NCBI GenBank assembly: GCA_030265395.1
Contig: JARFYF010000061.1
Span: forward strand, 15,307,142 to 15,371,141
Length of the DNA stretch: 64,000 nucleotides
From: Rhina ancylostomus
Lineage: Eukaryota
Reading direction: 5' to 3'
Positions 37,821-50,407 of the stretch are shown here, piece by piece (the stretch's first letter is position 1; each line of letters begins with the position of its first letter). The position numbers were made by a program, and so were the translations under genes. The notes below the pieces were generated by a model. That model searched no databases and was not told the origin of the DNA. It worked only from the letters and a program-made list of their open reading frames with translations.

Positions 37821-37879
37821 ATATAAGTAATGAGAGAGACTTGAAAAACAGAAGCTTTTTTTGTATTAGAACAGAAGTG

Positions 37880-38165
37880 CGGACGTGTAATGCACACAAA
37901 CACAAGAGCCAATTTGCACATAACAAAGAACTACAAGCAGTAGAGGGAAAGTGCTTTTGCTGGTGGCTGTAGATAGACACATGCGGGCAAGAAAATTGGG
38001 AGACTTCTGTGATGTTTTACGCTTGAGTTTAACATTTCATTTGAAAGGTGGCATCTTCAGTGCAGTGCAGAACTTTGCCAGAAAGTCATGGATAATATGT
38101 GCAAGTCTATGGGTGAGGTTTGAAGCTGCAACCTTATGACTCAGAGAGGAAGGCCATGCCTGACA
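37880..38165 (-). mobile_element. Deu-domain SINE
   Basis: gccaatttgcacataacaa...gtttaacatttcatttgaaaggtggcatcttc...gtgcaagtct...tttgaagctgcaaccttatgactcagag. Confidence 0.6.
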
Positions 38166-39814
38166 CATTATGCATAACATTGACAAATCTTGAGGAGCTG
38201 AACTTTGGCATGCTAATTAAATAAATGATGTCAGCAAAAAAATTATAATAGTTTCCATCTTATTATTTTAGGGCAACATCAGACTGTCAATTGGATTGCA
38301 TTTAATGTTAACCATCATTTTGAAACCAAAGACTTGCAAATTACAGAGTTTAAATAATATCAGTTCAGCACAAATAGATTAAGCTGCACAGGTAGGCCAT
38401 CAGTTTTGTTAAGCACTACAAAGTGGCATGATGCCAGCTGTATGACTCAGATTTCCACTCCCACCTTCCCCTTCCACCATTGTCCCCTTAATTACTTTGT
38501 ATTACAATGAGCTATTTATGAGTACTTTTACGCAGAGTGAGAAGTCTTATTGTCAATTTTCTCAGGCCAGGAGTAAATCGAAGAGAGAAGTTTCAGAAAA
38601 ATTTTGTCTGTGCAAACTTATCCCCTGGTGACAATCAAAATTAAAAAGGACTTTATGTCAATGATTAGATATTGAAGAGTCACTGCATCCTAATGTTTAT
38701 ATGACAATATGGGTAGTTTGGCAGCTGGTAAATGGAGTTTTTAAAAAATAATATGGAAAAAAATTGTCAATGTTAAATGAGGTGATTAAAAAGAGAGGAA
38801 TGGAACTGTTGATGTGTTTGATATCCTCATTGATACACTTAATTTATATAATTATGGATTTGCTCAATAAACTCCAGATACTGAACAGCTTTCACAGTAA
38901 CAAATACCATTAACTTATTAGGTCAGTAATGCATGCACTCTGTATCTTAAGTGGCAGCATTACACCATCCATCCCTAAAATTGCCACTTCTCTGAAGTGT
39001 ATGTAATGATAATAATGGATTTTCAAACAATACACAAGGTCACTTTGCACAGATGGACACAGCATCATGACTGACCTTAGTCAGGAAATAAAGAATCGTT
39101 CCCAATCTATTTGTGTTGTATTGATATTATTTAAACTCTGTAATTTGGAAGTCATTACAGTTTGATCTATATTGGAATTTTAATCTGTGTTGAACTTCGG
39201 GGGAAATAATGCTTCATATTGGGTGTACCTTGATGTGTACCTCGATTAGGTAACTGAAGACTGTTACCAGATGGCTATTACAGTTATTGGTTTATTGTGG
39301 GGTAGCTGAGGTAACAGACAAAGACAGTGATAATAAGAAATTAATGCATTATGAAATTAGTTTAGACATTTTAAAAAGGACCTAACAGAATGTTAACCCT
39401 TCCACTGAAACCAAATGCAATACCCCTCAGTTTAGCATGTTTCCTACAATATAGTCTCTTGATAATATATTTATGGCCTTTTACTAATGAAAGCAACCTT
39501 CTCCATTGTTTGATTTATACCTGTGTTTTTATATTGATATGAAAGTTATTCTTAATGACAAAGATAAGAAAAGATTCTACTAATCTAAAATAAAACTATA
39601 AAAGCAAAAGAAAAATATTTTGATTTAACTTTAAAAATGAAATGGGAAGAAACCAATTGGCCCATCAAATGTAACTACAATATCCATGAGCTACCCATCA
39701 TACATTCAGTTATTCCCTTGAGAGAACTTATTTGTAGAAGGTAATCAAGAAAAAAATGTTACAATACACACCTATTCTTTGCATCTCTATAATTGCCTTC
39801 CACAGGAAAAATAG

Positions 39815-39968
39815 ACACTTATTGCCCATCCTGAATTGCCCCCCAGAAGGTAATTATGAGCTGCCTTCTTGAATGACAGCAGTCTGAAGGGTAGAAGTAT
39901 TGACGTGATACTGTTGCATAGTAAGTCCAGGATTCTGGCCCAGCACCAGAGGATAATTATTCTCAGGT
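39815..39968 (-). mobile_element. 3' end of a second (older) CR1 subfamily
   Basis: ttattgcccatcctgaattgccc...gagctgccttcttgaa...ccaggattctggcccagc, antisense to the tail of the copy at 48660-49460. Confidence 0.65.
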
Positions 39969-40442
39969 AATATTGAATCATCAGAGCTTATTCCAACATC
40001 CCATACCACATTTAATACCCAGATATTTATCAAAACTCTTTTTAAGGGAGGTAATTGACTTGGTTGCCTGTTTCTTGTGCATCAGAGATGCCCTAATGGA
40101 TTGTGTGACTATTTGAAGCAACTCTTATATATCCACCATTCTGCTGAAATACATACTAATCAGCAAAGCTTGTTTGTTTTAAACCTCAATTTCCGTGCCT
40201 GGATCCCCATCAAAAAGACTTGCAATATACCTCCCATTCATCTAGTTTCAAACATAAAGAAGTTCAGCCATGTTCAATGCTCCCCTACTGACTAAGAACT
40301 CTTAGTCTGAGAATATCTTTTTTTTGTTTCTGACTCTTACTATTAGTAACATTAGTACATACATTTACAACCGTCTCCTCAATCATCCATACCAAACTAG
40401 AGTAACTGATATTGACCTACTGTCAAGAAACATTTCTGAAAG

Positions 40443-40612
40443 ATGGAGAGATGGACAGAGAGAGACAAACAGGAAGAGACAGAAAGAGACCAACAGAGGC
40501 AGACAGACGGACAGAAAGACAGACAGGGACACATATAAATGGAGAGAAAAAAAATAGAAAATGGAGACNNNNNNNNNNNNNNNNNNGAAACAAACCCAGA
40601 GAGAGAGAAAGA
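40443..40612. repeat. Degenerate (GA)n/(GACA)n purine-rich simple repeat
   Basis: gatggacagagagagacaaacaggaagagacagaaagagac...agacagacggacagaaagacagacag. Confidence 0.85.
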
Positions 40613-41547
40613 GTTTGGGGTGAGTACTGAGGCAAGACAGGGAGTTAGAAATATTCAAGTCTTTCCTTTAACTCACATAATCCCATAGAGATAAGCACAA
40701 AATAATGTTTGCTAAATGTCCAGGAAGTACAGGGCTCATGAGCTCATATTCACAAATTCTAAATCTCAACTTAATGTACTTTGACATTTGTCAGTAGAAT
40801 CCATAATAAAATAGAATATACAGAAGTGGAAGGAACAATTGATAAGTCACATGACCTTTTCCTGGTTTAGGATTTTTCAGGTTATAATATTTCCTTCCTT
40901 GGATCTGCAGAACCAGTTGAAATTGTTTACTGTGGAGCCAGAAACTGTGTTGTGATTGGACGGGCATTTTCCTGCATCTAAACAAGCAGCTACATCTTTA
41001 AATATCTATATAAAGAGACAAAGTACCTCAAGGCAATTGTAGCTTGTAACCTTGCCTATTTAAGCACAAATGGGCTTTTATTCCAGTTGCATTGGAGCTG
41101 TCCAGCACATGGAATGCTAAGCATTTTAGACAAGCAGAACTAATTTTAAAACATTACAAGACCAGGAATTCTGACTGCCCTCTATTTGCAATGAAGGTCA
41201 AAAAACCTACAAATGAAACGGAGGCTATTATATTGGCTTTTGTTCAATAGGCCCTGTCAGGGTTCATCTTCATTGCAAATAAACACACCACAATATGATG
41301 CTGTTTGTACTGTCACTTTCACATGGCACTCTATAAATACTAATGGGTTAGTTAATATTTTGCAGAATATGGTTAGAACTTGTGCCTATTTACTGATTTT
41401 ATACACAGTGAAAGTCAATGCACACCATGTTATTGGGAGATTAAATATTATTTGGCTATCCTGTCCTTGCCAAATGCAACAATAGTCGCTCTGCCATCCA
41501 AATGCAATGGATGTGTGAATCAGTAATCAGCTGGAGAGTTTATTCTG

Positions 41548-42030
41548 AAATAAAAACAGAAAATGTTGGAATTACTCAGCAAGTCAGGCAGTGTCTGTGA
41601 AGAGCAAAAAAGACTTAACATTTTAAGTTTATGACAACAGAACTAGGAAAAGTTAGAAATAAGAAAAATGTTTTCAGCTGTAAAGAAGGGAGAGGGTTTG
41701 AAAGAACAAAGGCAATTTTGAACCATAGAACAATACAGCACAATACAGGCCCTTCGGCCCACCATGTTGTGCTGCCTTTAGACTGGGTGTCACAAGTTGT
41801 TGTAGTGTCAGCTGAGAGAAGGTGGTGAAGGTTTATAAACTGTGCTTGATTTGAATGGAAGAGATATATTTGGAAGGAGATTAATGAGAACAGTGGAGAG
41901 AGAAAACTCCACTAGAAATGAGTGATATAAAACACTGCAATTGCTGAAAATCAAAAATCCTGGAAGTACTCAGTAGTTTAGGCAGCCACTGTGGAGACAC
42001 ACAAGTGGAGTTAACGTCACTGATTACAAA
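41548..42030 (-). mobile_element. Non-coding Penelope remnant with two tandem pLTR motifs
   Basis: aaaacagaaaatgttggaattactcagcaagtcaggcagtgtctgtg near 41553 and ctggaagtactcagtagtttaggcagccactgtggag near 41960. Confidence 0.65.
41721..41776 (-). mobile_element. Extreme 3' tip of a young CR1, inserted in the Penelope remnant
   Basis: aaccatagaacaatacagcacaatacaggcccttcggcccaccatgttgtgc. Confidence 0.75.
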
Positions 42031-42304
42031 CTCCTAATCCTTCACTGTAAAGTGCATGAGATAACGTTTACCACAATAGGTGAATCATGAAGCTGGGAGA
42101 TTGTTGCCGCAATCCAACTCATCCAAGAAGCAAAGCCAAGGGACATACTAAGGTTTGGTGGATCCGCTGCAACAACTTTCTGGGAATAGTTATAGTTTAA
42201 GGCCCTCCCACCGCTGCAAAGAATCCTGGTGCTATATGTAATCAATGAGAAATTCTCTCTGCAGTGAGGGAGGGAGGGAAGACTGGGAATGATATCAGAA
42301 GCTG

Positions 42305-42592
42305 GCTAGCCCTTTGTCACTTCCACCCATCACCTCACAGCTTCTGACATCATTCCCACTCTAACCCCTCCCTCATCTACCCATCATCCCCCCCTCACCT
42401 GGATCCACCGATCACCTGCNNNNNNNNNNAGTTCTTGCTCCACCCCTGCCCTCCACCTTTTTATACTGGTTATCTCCTCTCTAATGGTCCTTCCAGTCCA
42501 GATGAAGGGTCTTGACCCAAAACATCGACTGACCATTTCCCTTCATAGCTGCTGCCTGACCCGTTGAGTTCCTCCAGTGTTTTGTGTGTTGA
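42305..42592 (+). mobile_element. Penelope pLTR / 3' end
   Basis: C-rich ccatcacc repeats are followed by cagtccagatgaagggtcttgaccc...gctgctgcctgacccgttgagttcctccag. It is antisense-similar to 7770-8050. Confidence 0.8.
42494..42531 (+). ncRNA. Degenerate minimal hammerhead ribozyme motif
   Basis: CAGTC-CAGATGA-A-GGG-TCTTGA-CCC-AAAA-CATC-GACTG. Stem I (CAGTC/GACTG) and stem II (GGG/CCC) are perfect; the core has two substitutions. Confidence 0.6.
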
Positions 42593-43777
42593 TCCTCATA
42601 TGTTATTTTCTTTATAGAACAGAGATTTTTTGCATTATGAATGGAGTCTTTTTACATGTGTTTTTTTCAAAAACAAAAGAATATATCTGAAAAATAACAC
42701 AATCTTTATATGATCTGGCTCTTGTGACTCGATCTACATCCCAGCATGGTTAACTCTTAACCTCCCTCTAAAGTAGTCCAGAAAGCCAGTATGATCACCT
42801 CTCAAGCAAAAATACCAACATTACCTTTGGCATTCACATTAGTGGAGTTAATTTAATTAATAAAGAACAAAAGTAGTTTTGAACATGACTACTTGCTTTT
42901 CACCCTGTGATCTCTTTTTGGTGGTTTGCTTGNNNNNNNNNNNNNNNNNNNNNNNNNNNNNNNNNNNNNNNNNNNNNNNNNNNNNNNNNNNNNNNNNNNN
43001 NNNNNNNNNNNNNNNNNNNNNNNNNNNNNNNNNNNNNNNNNNNNNNNNNNNNNNNNNNNNNNNNNNNNNNNNNNNNNNNNNNNNNNNNNNNNNNNNNNNN
43101 NNNNNNNNNNNNNNNNNNNNNNNNNNNNNNNNNNNNNNNNNNNNNNNNNNNNNNTTACCTCATGCATCACATGAAAGTATCTGTATGTGTATAAAACAAA
43201 TGAATGTCCAATTTGCAGAAATACATTTTTAAAAGTGCTCACAATGTGTATATATTCTCAGACATTCCTTTGTGTATGAACACAAAACACTCTAAAATCA
43301 ATTATCCCAAAAGTAAAAAGTATATCTTTTCAGTGCTTCTGGGAAGAGAGCGTGCAGTGTACTTTACTAATGCCAGTGTTTGCTATCAGCATTTCACGGA
43401 CTCAAAGGTATGTAATGAACACACTCTTGACAATTGTAAACAGTGGTTGTCATTTATTCACTAAGCCTCGTTTTTGCTCACTTGACCTGAAATTACCCTC
43501 CTGCTCCCTTTAGGTTGCCTATGATGTTAAGGCAATCTGAAAGAATGCAAAGATAGGTTTATGCTTATTAGTTGAAGAGAACAGTATTTAGTCTTCCTAA
43601 TTTTTATTCTTAAATGGATGAAATGAATTCCAGAGATGCTTCATCAATGTCCTTGTGCGGTTCCAAAAATGTAAATACCTCTGCATCATTGCAATTTCTT
43701 TTATTTTTAATTTCCTGTAATCTACCCTTGTATTAATTTTTAGTAAATCAGTGACATGTTTTTGGAGAATTTCTTTA

Positions 43778-44010
43778 AAGAGTCATAGAATAGTATAGCA
43801 CAAGAACAGGTCCTTTGGCCCACAATGTACGTGCTGATCATGATGCCAAAACCTCTTTCTCTGCAAATGATCCATATCCCTCCATTCCCTGTGTGCTCAT
43901 GTGCCTGACTAAGTGCCTCTTGAATGCCACTATTGTGTTTGCTTCTTCCACCATCCCTGGGAGTGTTTTCCAGGCACCTACCACTCTCTGTATAAAAAAC
44001 TTACTTGTAA
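43778..44010 (-). mobile_element. CR1 3' UTR fragment
   Basis: tatagcacaagaacaggtcctttggcccacaatgt...tgatccatatccctccattccc...ttccaggcacctaccactctctgt, similar to 680-885. Confidence 0.85.
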
Positions 44011-45217
44011 ATTAAAATTGTGCTAAAATAATGCCTTAATATAAACAGTGGCTTGAGAGAAGTGTCAATAGTTTAGAAAAACTGTTACAAAACCATGAGT
44101 ATTTTATATTTATGCACCACTTTTACTTGGTTACCTTACAAATACAAACCTTTAAGCACAACACAATAATGATCCTAACATATTTCCCTATCATTGATAG
44201 TTTGATTTTAATAGTCATCTCATTAATCTTCACTACTTTAATTTTTCGCATCCCTTGAGTTGTGATCCTCCCTTCGGTATATCTTTTTACCACATCCATG
44301 GAATTTAAGGTGCAGGAGGAGGTCATTCAGCCTACACAGTCGATGTGGACATTTGAGTCAACATCATCTGAAGTTATCAACTGTGATGATCTGGAACTGA
44401 AACTCAGCCCTGGCATTTAAACACATCAGTCAAGGTGAAAGACAAGACTTCCTTTGATTCAGTAACACAGTGACATCATAAATACCTTAGACAAATCAGG
44501 GAATAAAAATACCATCAAGGAATAGTTGTAATGTTTGTTATTTTGACATAAATAAATTAGCAAATGTTATCAAATTTTGTTAATGAAGACTGGCCCATTA
44601 ACTCCTCTGGCATTTATCAGAATTGCTTGCTGCCAGTCTGGGCCTGGTTATCAGCACAATCCTCTATTTCTGTCACCCACCTGCATTTACATAGTGCTGT
44701 GGATTGGATAAAAACATCCATAAGATCTGCACAGCAGCATTAACAACGTGAGATGCAAAGCCACACAATGAGATATGAGAATAGATGACGAGAAGTTTAT
44801 GGTTGGAGGGAGGTGGTGTGGGAACCAGGATATGAGAGCGGCATGCTTTCATCATCTTCTGCTTGCCGGTTAATGGGCATATGGGATGCAGGTTTGAGGA
44901 TATGAAGACATCATCTTTGATGGCATCAGCAACAGACAGCCAGGCTCATTGGAATGGGAACAGGTGGATGAACATACAGGTGGTCTGTTCCTCCTCTGGT
45001 TAGATTTGTCTGCCTCCAGTTGGATGCCAACTTGTCCTACAAATGGGCGTGTGGCTTTGTAGCTGTGCCACCTGTTGTGAAGATGCATTAGAACACATGG
45101 ATGCATCATAACCCAGTTGGTGGAGATTGTTGGCAGGTCCATGATGGAGGTGTGGTGCATCAAGTCATTCCTGAGGCTGGTGGGCAGCTGCTGGGAAAAT
45201 TCATTCATTGATCTAAA

Positions 45218-45436
45218 TCACTTATCATTAAACATCTTGCAGGACCATATCCTCAGGACTTGACTCCAAGTGTTCACCTCCTTGATTGTAGTGCCCTATA
45301 GGGCTATTTTCTCCCACTGACTTCTGAACATGTGTCTGGAGATGGGATAACTTCTCCTGCTTCTCACCTCCTGCACTGGAGCTTCCAGTGTGGTGTCTAA
45401 AAACCTTGGAGCATGGTCCCTGCAATGATGGGCCAT
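45218..45436 (-). pseudogene. PIF/Harbinger transposon Myb/SANT-like DNA-binding ORF relic
   Basis: Not in the ORF track. Minus-strand translation MAHHCRDHAPRFLDTTLEAPVQEVRSRRSYPISRHMFRSQWEKIAL*GTTIKEVNTWSQVLRIWSCKMFNDK* follows the APRF...LV.EV..RR...W..IA..VN......W..C.K.FND pattern. Confidence 0.7.
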
Positions 45437-48189
45437 TTCTTAATGTTTTGCAGGTTCAGTCCAACTGCTGAGCACCTACCAGCACTTGCCTCAACCACAA
45501 TACACCTCCCCTTTAAAAAGTGTGAGATGGCTTTGAGCAGTGTAGTGAAGCTTTATCAGAGCTAACCATCATGGTATTGAATCCTTGCTGATGTCTTCAG
45601 CCAATAAACGGGTAGTTAATGTTGACTGGATACTGTGATCATGGCATAAAACTGCTAGAATAAATGTTGATACATTGCCTGCAACCTCTTAATGACTGTG
45701 GGTTAATCATACAATGGATCCCCACGATTAATTTTACCCTTATTGAACTATTGAATTTTACCCTGAACTTGTCAGCATCCAAACTCCTTTCTTTGTTGTT
45801 TTAACTAAGCCATTAATGCAAGCAGGTTAGTGCCACTGGGTGATGAGCAAGCCAAGCATTAGATGGGATTACATTAAGTATAGTTTGTAGAAAATATTGC
45901 AAAGTATAATTGTGTTTAAATAGAATAAAAAAGTGTTACTCAAAAACTGGAAAATCTTTTACTTTGTTACTATGGTATTAAAATTGCCAGGTTAAGTAAG
46001 ATATCCTCCAATAAAAGAGGTGATGAAACCACTCCCTCTGAACCTCCACCACTGACATGCAGACACAGTATAAGAGTGTAACAATGAGGATCAGGAAATT
46101 GAAGCTTATCATGGCCTTGTGTGTTCTTCATCTAGTTGCTTAAGAATTTCTTCAAGCTGCAATAATTACAAAAAGGCAGGTCTCAAAAATAAAGAGCCAC
46201 TCCACACCTGATATTTATTAATTTATCTGTAAACTACAATCACATTATTGCCTTTTGATTCAGGAATATATGTGAGGAAATACCTGGGGCCTTAGGATGA
46301 ATGCTTCAGTGGTGGCATTCACTATTCCCATTGGCAATCCCGCTAATAAATAAATCACTCTTAAGTTGAAACAAAATTTTTCTCAGGTTATATTCAGCTC
46401 ATGGCTCCTTTAAGCTTAAAACCACAGTGCCTTGTTCTATGCCAAATGCCTCTTTATATTCATACTATTGATTATGATTTTAAAATCTTGAATCTTATCC
46501 ACTCAACCTTTACCTCCAAGGTGAATGAGATTTAGCTTCCTTAGGTTCTTGTCATAGCTCAATGGGCTGAAACCACATCTCCCCTTTACTGTCCACATCT
46601 GAATCCCTATTACTTTTTTTTAATCTTTCATAGGTGTGATGAACACAGCCCAAATCAATATTGCATGTGGCTTTACAGCTTTTAAAAATGTTAATGTTAA
46701 TCTTTTACTTAATCATCTTTCTATCAATTAGCGCTTTCACTGCTGTGATGGAGCCATTCTTGATGTTCTTGTAAAATTAATACATTAAAGGAGCAACATA
46801 CACCAAACTGTTATTGTTGAACCATTTAAGGAACTACACAAGACCAAATTTTAATGAACCAGTTCATCTAAATCCAACAAATGATATTATAATTCTTTAA
46901 GTGAAATGTGAAAAATATGACCAAAATATATAAAGCCCAGTAATCAGGAAACAATGCAAATTCCTGGTCTCAATCAATCATAGCTCCTCATCGTCAGTAT
47001 TATGGAGCAGTAGATGTACCTTGACTTGCTCCTTGCTCACCAAGTTGATACTGGAGCAAACTAGGTGACTTGTAATGGCTTGAATCATTGATCATTTCAA
47101 AATTGAGTTTGAGTCTGAGTTGAGTTCATTGAGTGTTATCGCAGTTACATTAATTCAGGTGAATAATGAGGGTTCCATCACACTTTTTAATATGAGCAAA
47201 GCAGACTTTGGATGTGTGTTGAAAGTTCAGGAGTTAAACCATCAATCCCAGGGAGCAAAATGAGTGCCCTGCTCTTGTAGCTGTATCATTGACATTACTT
47301 ATTCAGCTAACTTCTGGTCAAAATGTTAATGGTGAGAGGTTTAACATCAATGATCAGGGCATGTATGAGTGGACATTTCCCATTTCAGATGATCTATATT
47401 TGTCACTTCTATGGCACAGATTTTATTTTCAGCTGAAATTATCCAGCATGCTGCTGTCAGCTACATGGGCTGATTTTTTGTGAAAAGAGTCAAACATTAT
47501 GGAAGCTCATTTTATTTAAAAATGAGAACTTACTGCGAGATAAGCTAACTCTACTCCATCGATAACAGGTATGATTGGGGGAAGGTTATAGTTGAAGCAG
47601 CTGAAAGATGGTTAGATTGAGTTTGTTTCCTTAAGGATTTCTTGCAATGGTGAACTGTGGCTCCAACAACAACCAACAGAAAGGCTAAACTGCATACTAT
47701 AAACTAAACCAAAACTACAATTCACATTCTGATTACAGCCCTGGCAGCTTTCCACAAATTCCTACCATCCAAAGACAGATGGTAAATTGCAATAAAATAG
47801 ATCACACCAAATGAAGAATAAGTAGCTTGTGAAAATCCAGATAATTTAGTGCAAAACAAGCAGCAATAAATTCAGCACAATGTTAATGCTTAGAATAAAG
47901 TAATATCACTCAAAAATATACTTACTTTTATGAAGTATGGAGAAATAAGCTATTGCACTTTGAATATAGCAATCACTTCCACACTACCACCAAAGTAGAC
48001 CCAAAATAGTCTTGTTTATTTCCTATGGAGGTATTCAGAATAGTGTGTGTATGGGCACATGTACACAATTGAGTGAAGCATGTAAGCTAGGTTTCACATG
48101 AGCAGTGAGACCCTCCTGGAGCACCAAGGTGCAACAGAATGAACCAGATTTCTTTCCCTTTCCCTGACGACTAAAAGAAGGCCATTTCG

Positions 48190-48450
48190 GTTGTGCCTTT
48201 AATGTGATTATACATTCCAAAGCCCATAACAGGATAGTTATCAAACAAAATTTAACACTGAGCCACATAGAGAGATATTTGGTTAAAGAGATGGATTTGA
48301 GAAGGGATCTTAAATAAGGAAATACATTTAGGAGGAAATTCAAAAGTTTACAGTCCCACCAGTTGAAGGCACAGATGCTGGCAGTGGTACAATTAAAACT
48401 AAGGAATGCGCAAGAGGAGAGATTTGGAGATTTCCGTACAGTAGAGCTTG
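48190..48450 (-). mobile_element. L2 LINE 3' end
   Basis: gtgcctttaatgtg...ttatcaaacaaaatttaacactgagccacatag...ggttaaagagatgg...agttgaaggcac...gaatgcgcaagagg. Confidence 0.75.
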
Positions 48451-48659
48451 ACAGAAGCCTTAACTTAATAAACATAAACCTGAATAATTTCTGGAAAGAA
48501 ATTTGTCCAGGAACTGCAAAGATTAATGATTTCTTTAAAATATTAATCTATTATTCTTGGTATTTGGCAAATGATAAAACTTATTTCTCCTTTCTGCTCA
48601 GTTTGGAAGCCATTACTTAAGCCTCTGGGCAACAGGAGTTTCTCAGGGCTTGACTATCA

Positions 48660-49460
48660 TTCATACTTCAATTGTGGCTTCCTCTCCAATTGTTCAAAAG
48701 CAAATACTGATAATTACATTGTTCTGGTCTATTTGCCATGCCTCATATAACAAAATAGTTTGTGGTTGCATGCAGTAAGACCAGGAAAATGTTCAGCAAT
48801 GTGACGTAGCATTCGAGCCTCAGAATCAGACCTCCCCTTTTTACTCTAAAGCATTACCATTGTCAATTGCCTCCTCATTTCCTTTACCAACACTCTCAGG
48901 GTTATTCTTGACCAAAAACCTCACCTGCAACCATCAGGTAAATGCTGTGGCTGTTGGGCATATTAGAGCTGAGGCCTTCCTTCTGGTTCCCAATAATCTC
49001 TACTAATGGGTCAAGTCAGAACCATTATGGAATATTCTCAGTTGCCTGGAAGGGTGTAGCGGTAACATTGGGTTACTGAAACAAGAGGTTTGACAATATG
49101 CTGGGCCAAGATATCTGCTTCATCATCACTGGTCTAAAAATCCATTCCACTCTTCGTGCCCTGCTGCTGTGATGTATACTGTCTACCAAATGTGCTGCAG
49201 AAACTTATCAAGGTTTCTCTGACAGCGCCTCCCAAATTAGTAGCCTTAATCGCCAGTGTCAGGGAGGGCTTGTGAATGGGAACACTAACACCTCCAAGTC
49301 ATACCACCCTGACTTTAACATATATCACCGTTTCTTTATTAAGTCAAAATCCTGGAACATCCTCCTTAAAAAGCATGATGGGAGAACATCCATGTGGACT
49401 GCAGCTATTTATAAAGGTCTATCACCAACATTTTATGTGAGATGACGGATGTGAAACAAA
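48660..49460 (+). mobile_element. Older CR1 subfamily, RT C-terminus to 3' end
   Basis: gggttattcttgaccaaaaacctcacctg (GVILDQKL), caagtcagaaccattatggaatattct (QVRTIMEYS), aagtcaaaatcctggaac (SKSWN) and ggactgcagc. Confidence 0.75.
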
Positions 49461-49539
49461 AAAGCACAAATGAAAGTAAAATGAACGGCAACCTTTTACT
49501 CAGTGTAAAAAATAGGATTAGAAGATAATTGTAATTAGA

Positions 49540-50110
49540 CATGAGAATTTGATCCTAAGTTCATGGGATCACTTTCACCTTCATCTTGACTTTATGCCAG
49601 CTCCAGATGCCTCTACCCCTTTTTGAACCAAAGGGAACAACTACCTCAGACCTTCAAAGAATTCTTATCAATTTGTTAGTACGTTACCTGCCTTTCATCA
49701 ACTCTTATGGACTGCTTTGTTGCAAAGGTTCCTTTGAATTGTTTTTCTGATAATAGACTCCAGTATTTCTTTAAGTATGGATGTCAACCTAACAGACCTA
49801 TGATTCCCAAGACCATACTTCTGACCTTTTTTAAAGATTGAAACCTCAATAGCAAAGTCCTAGTCCTTTGTTACGACCCCTTTGTTCAAGAAAAACTGCA
49901 ATATTTCCACTACTACCATCATAATTTATTTGAATACTTTTAGATACATACCATGTGGACCTGCTGTTGTAGGACCTCCTGTTCCTTTATGGCCATTTTG
50001 TTGTCGATCACATTTATCCATGAACTTAAATATAGTCCCCTATCATTTTATTTACCCGTTTTGAACCATTACTTGAATTTTTCACATGAAAAATGTTGTG
50101 AAAAAGAACT
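49540..50110 (-). mobile_element. Old CR1 ORF2 fragment (pre-RT region)
   Basis: Minus-strand VSIFKKGQKYGLGNHRSVRLTSILKEILESIIR. Confidence 0.65.
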
Positions 50111-50307
50111 TTAAATTCTCCATTATATCGATAGCCTAAAGCTTCTCTTGAAAGGTACCCAGTTCGCTTAACACTGTCCTTGCTGCAGACATACTGAAAG
50201 AATTATCTTCCTATTTTTCTTTATTATGATCCACTGATTACATCAGATATTGAACTTTGATTGTCCTTTCTTTAATGTACAGTGCTGTAATTTAAACTCT
50301 TAACTTT

Positions 50308-50407
50308 TGGCAAAATCAAATGACTGGAGGAACTGAACACATCAGGCAGCATCTGTGGAGGTAAAAGGTTGGTCGACATTTGTGGTCGACACCCTGCATC
50401 CGGACTT
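50308..50407 (-). mobile_element. Solo Penelope pLTR tip with a degenerate hammerhead motif (50371-50406)
   Basis: ctggaggaactgaacacatcaggcagcatctgtggagg...ggtcgacatttgtggtcgacaccctgcatccggact. Confidence 0.7.
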
